Part shown: one piece after another, positions 61,401 through 64,000 of the stretch
Layout: every line of letters begins with the position of its first letter
Position numbering within the stretch: position 1 is the first letter of the stretch
Assembly (NCBI RefSeq): GCF_963921235.1
Contig: NC_086108.1
Coordinates: 5,766,001-5,830,000, forward strand
From: Mobula hypostoma
Lineage: Eukaryota
Length of the DNA: 64,000 bases
Direction: 5' to 3'
Position numbers and translations under genes: made by a program
The notes under the pieces: model-generated
What the model was told of the DNA's origin: nothing
Databases searched by the model: none
The model's input: the letters and a program-made list of their open reading frames with translations, nothing else

Positions 61401-63779
61401 GGACTTGATTGCACGTCATCGGGAGCATTTAATAGGTAGTGGGAGCTTGTCCCCATTACCACCCCCGGCTATAACAGCCTTAGGGATCCATGTTTGCCTT
61501 ATCTAAACTTCTCTTATAAGTCCCTAATGTGTCTGCCTCTATCACCATCCCAGTGAGCACATTCCAGGCATCCACCACACTGTGCTAACAAAAAAAAAAA
61601 TCTAACCTCTTGCATCTCCTTTGAAGTGACCCCCTCTCACCTTCAATGCACGCCCCCTGGTATTAGACATTTCAACCCTGGGAAACTGATACTGTCTGTC
61701 TATCCATGCCTCTCTTTGTGGCCGCAGAACAGTGCAGACATAAAATTACTATGAATTACTCTCCTCTTGCACTATCTTCTAATGAAGTAGTATTCATGGC
61801 TTCGTACTGCAATTATAAAAAAAAATCCCCTCATCTCTCCCTTTAAAACTCATACCTCATCTTAGCTTTCTAATTGAGTGCATTACTGTCTGATATTGGG
61901 GGGAGGGAGGAGGAGGGTGGTCTAATGCACAGAATCGTTGTAAACTCAGTCAGCTCCATCATGGGCACTAGCCTCTGTAGTATCCAGGACATCTTCAAGC
62001 AGCGGTGCCTCAAAAAGGCAGCATCCATCATTAAGGACCCCCATCTCTCAGGACGTGCCCTCTTCTCACTGCTACCATCCACCACTCTTACTGTAATTTA
62101 GAGTTTTTATTATTAGAAAAGAGGGGAGGACCTTTCAGCCTATGATGATGTGACAACCTTTTAATCTATTCCAAGATCAATCAAACTCTTCCCTCCCGCA
62201 TAGCCCTCCATTTTTCTATCACACGTGTGTCAATCTACATGTCTCTTAAATGTCTGCAATGTATCTGCTACTCCGTGAAAACACCTTCCGCACATTCACC
62301 AGTCTGTTTTTTTAAAACCTACCCGACATTCCCCTTATACTTTCCTCCAACTTAGACTCTTTTGGGTTAGCCACTTATGCCCTGAGTATAAGGTCTCTGG
62401 CTGTCCACTCAATCTATGCTCCTATAAGTCATCTCTCACCTTCCTTCACTCCAAAGAGAAAATCCCTAGCTTGTTCAACCTCTCCTCTTAAGACATACTC
62501 TCTAATCCAGGCAGCATCCTGGTAAATCTCCTCTGCACCCTCTCTAAAGCTTCCACATCCTCCCTATAATGAAGTGACCAGAACTGAACACAATATTCCA
62601 AGTGTGGTCTAACCAGGGTTTTAAGGAGCCTCATTCTGTTTAAACCTCTTTTCGATCAAAAGCAAGTTTCTTTTGACAGTGGAAAGAGTTTCATTTCTAT
62701 TTAAACCCCTCCTATATATCTAGCATCCCCATCCCCCACATAATCCTCTCTGCTCTGAAAGATGACATCTTCATCTCTCCTAAAGTATTGTATCAAATGG
62801 AAAAATTCTGAGTATACTGAGAATCAGGCACAGAAGACAATAGAGGCCAAGTATACCAGGAAACGATCTGGAATAGGACGTCCCTCTAGAACAGAGATGA
62901 AGAGGAATTCCTTTATCCAGAGGGTGGAAACTGTGGAGTTCACTGCTATGGATGGCTGTGGAGGTCAAGTCATTGGGTATATTTGAAGTGGAGGCCAGTA
63001 GGTTCTTGAATAGTCAGAGTGTCAAAGGTTATGAGGAGAAGGCAGGAGAATGGGATTGAGAGGGACAATAAATCGGCCATGATGGATAGGTGGAGCAGAC
63101 TCTTTGGGCCGAATGGCCTAATTTGGCTCCTACGTCTTATAGTCTACGACTTGTTCCCCTTTATACATCGGATGTTTGCCAGTCTTTGTTATTTATAGTT
63201 TTTCATTAAACCTTCCATTTTTTAAATCATCTATCTGCTGATCCAAGAGTTTCTTAAAAGACCCTAATGTACTTTCCTCTGCCACCACCCCTGGAAAGGC
63301 TTCCCCACCACTTTCTATGTAAAGACAACTTAACCTCTGGCATTTCCCCTCGACTTCCCTCCAATCATTCTAAAATTATGCCTCCTCGATTAGCCAGATT
63401 CTCGCTGCTCTGCTGGGGAAAGAAATTGAGGAGCATTTTGTTTTGATAAAAAGATAGCTGGGGGAAAAAAGGATAGTTTAATGCAAGGGTTCCCAACCTG
63501 TGGTCCACGGACCCCTCGGTTAATGAACCAAACTTTCCTCTTATTGCTCGATGCTGGGGGATCTGTGTGGCCTTGGTCATAGTGAGGACGAGGCCTCAAG
63601 CCATGGTGTCACCAGTGTACTGCCACCAGGAGAGAGGTGTTGGAGCTGGTGTGCTCCACCAGGGGGCAGCGGGGCTCGGCGTTCAGGCTGGAGCCGGTGC
63701 TTGGCTGAAGACCACCTGTATTGTAGTCGTCTTCAGGTCTCTGTGGCATTGGATGGCTTGCGTTTGGACTCTTTTATTG

Positions 63780-64000
63780 TGAGCCTGTACCAGAAAACAA
63801 GGTATGATTTGCAGAGCGCTACTTCCAGGGTGAAGGGACAATTTCGAATGAAGTTGGAGGTGATATCAGATGCATGACAACTCTGGCAGGGACAGCAAGA
63901 CATTACTTCCTACAAAGCGAAACCCAGTAGCATGAATGGCAGCAATGCTTCACTACCAGATGATCTCAATGCCTTCTATGGACGCTTTGAAAGGGAGAAC
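63780..64000 (+). mobile_element. Rex/Babar-type LINE ORF2 fragment running off the window
   Basis: [13 protein letters not shown]...[13 protein letters not shown], homologous to 9600-9740. Confidence 0.75.

Overview
Eukaryotic, repeat-saturated vertebrate DNA. The repeat families (CR1, Rex/Babar-type and L1/Tx1 LINEs, Penelope-like elements, tRNA-headed SINEs, Tc1 and hAT transposons) suggest a cartilaginous fish, probably a ray or shark; this is inference. One host gene is supported: the 3' three-quarters of a + strand SPARC-related modular calcium-binding (SMOC) gene. Nine exons (724-45846) with canonical AG/GT sites and compatible phases splice into thyroglobulin-1 domain 1, linker, thyroglobulin-1 domain 2 and an EF-hand (EC) domain. 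A candidate tenth coding exon lies at 52961-52980. The signal peptide and Kazal exons must lie upstream of the window. The protein departs from SMOC1 and SMOC2 where those two agree, so it may be a third paralogue. Almost all other ORFs in the track are transposon-derived or spurious. Notable non-genic structure: an intact-looking minimal hammerhead ribozyme in a Penelope-like terminal repeat; fold-back Penelope insertions with TSDs; a LINE-derived 95-bp satellite at three sites in opposing orientations, one with a 4-mer higher-order repeat; a twin-primed L1 with a 15-bp TSD; a probable LTR; and several multi-layer TE nests. No prokaryotic system, CRISPR array or true tRNA/rRNA gene is supported. 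Comparisons with human SMOC1/2 are from memory and need alignment; TE boundaries without a TSD are approximate.
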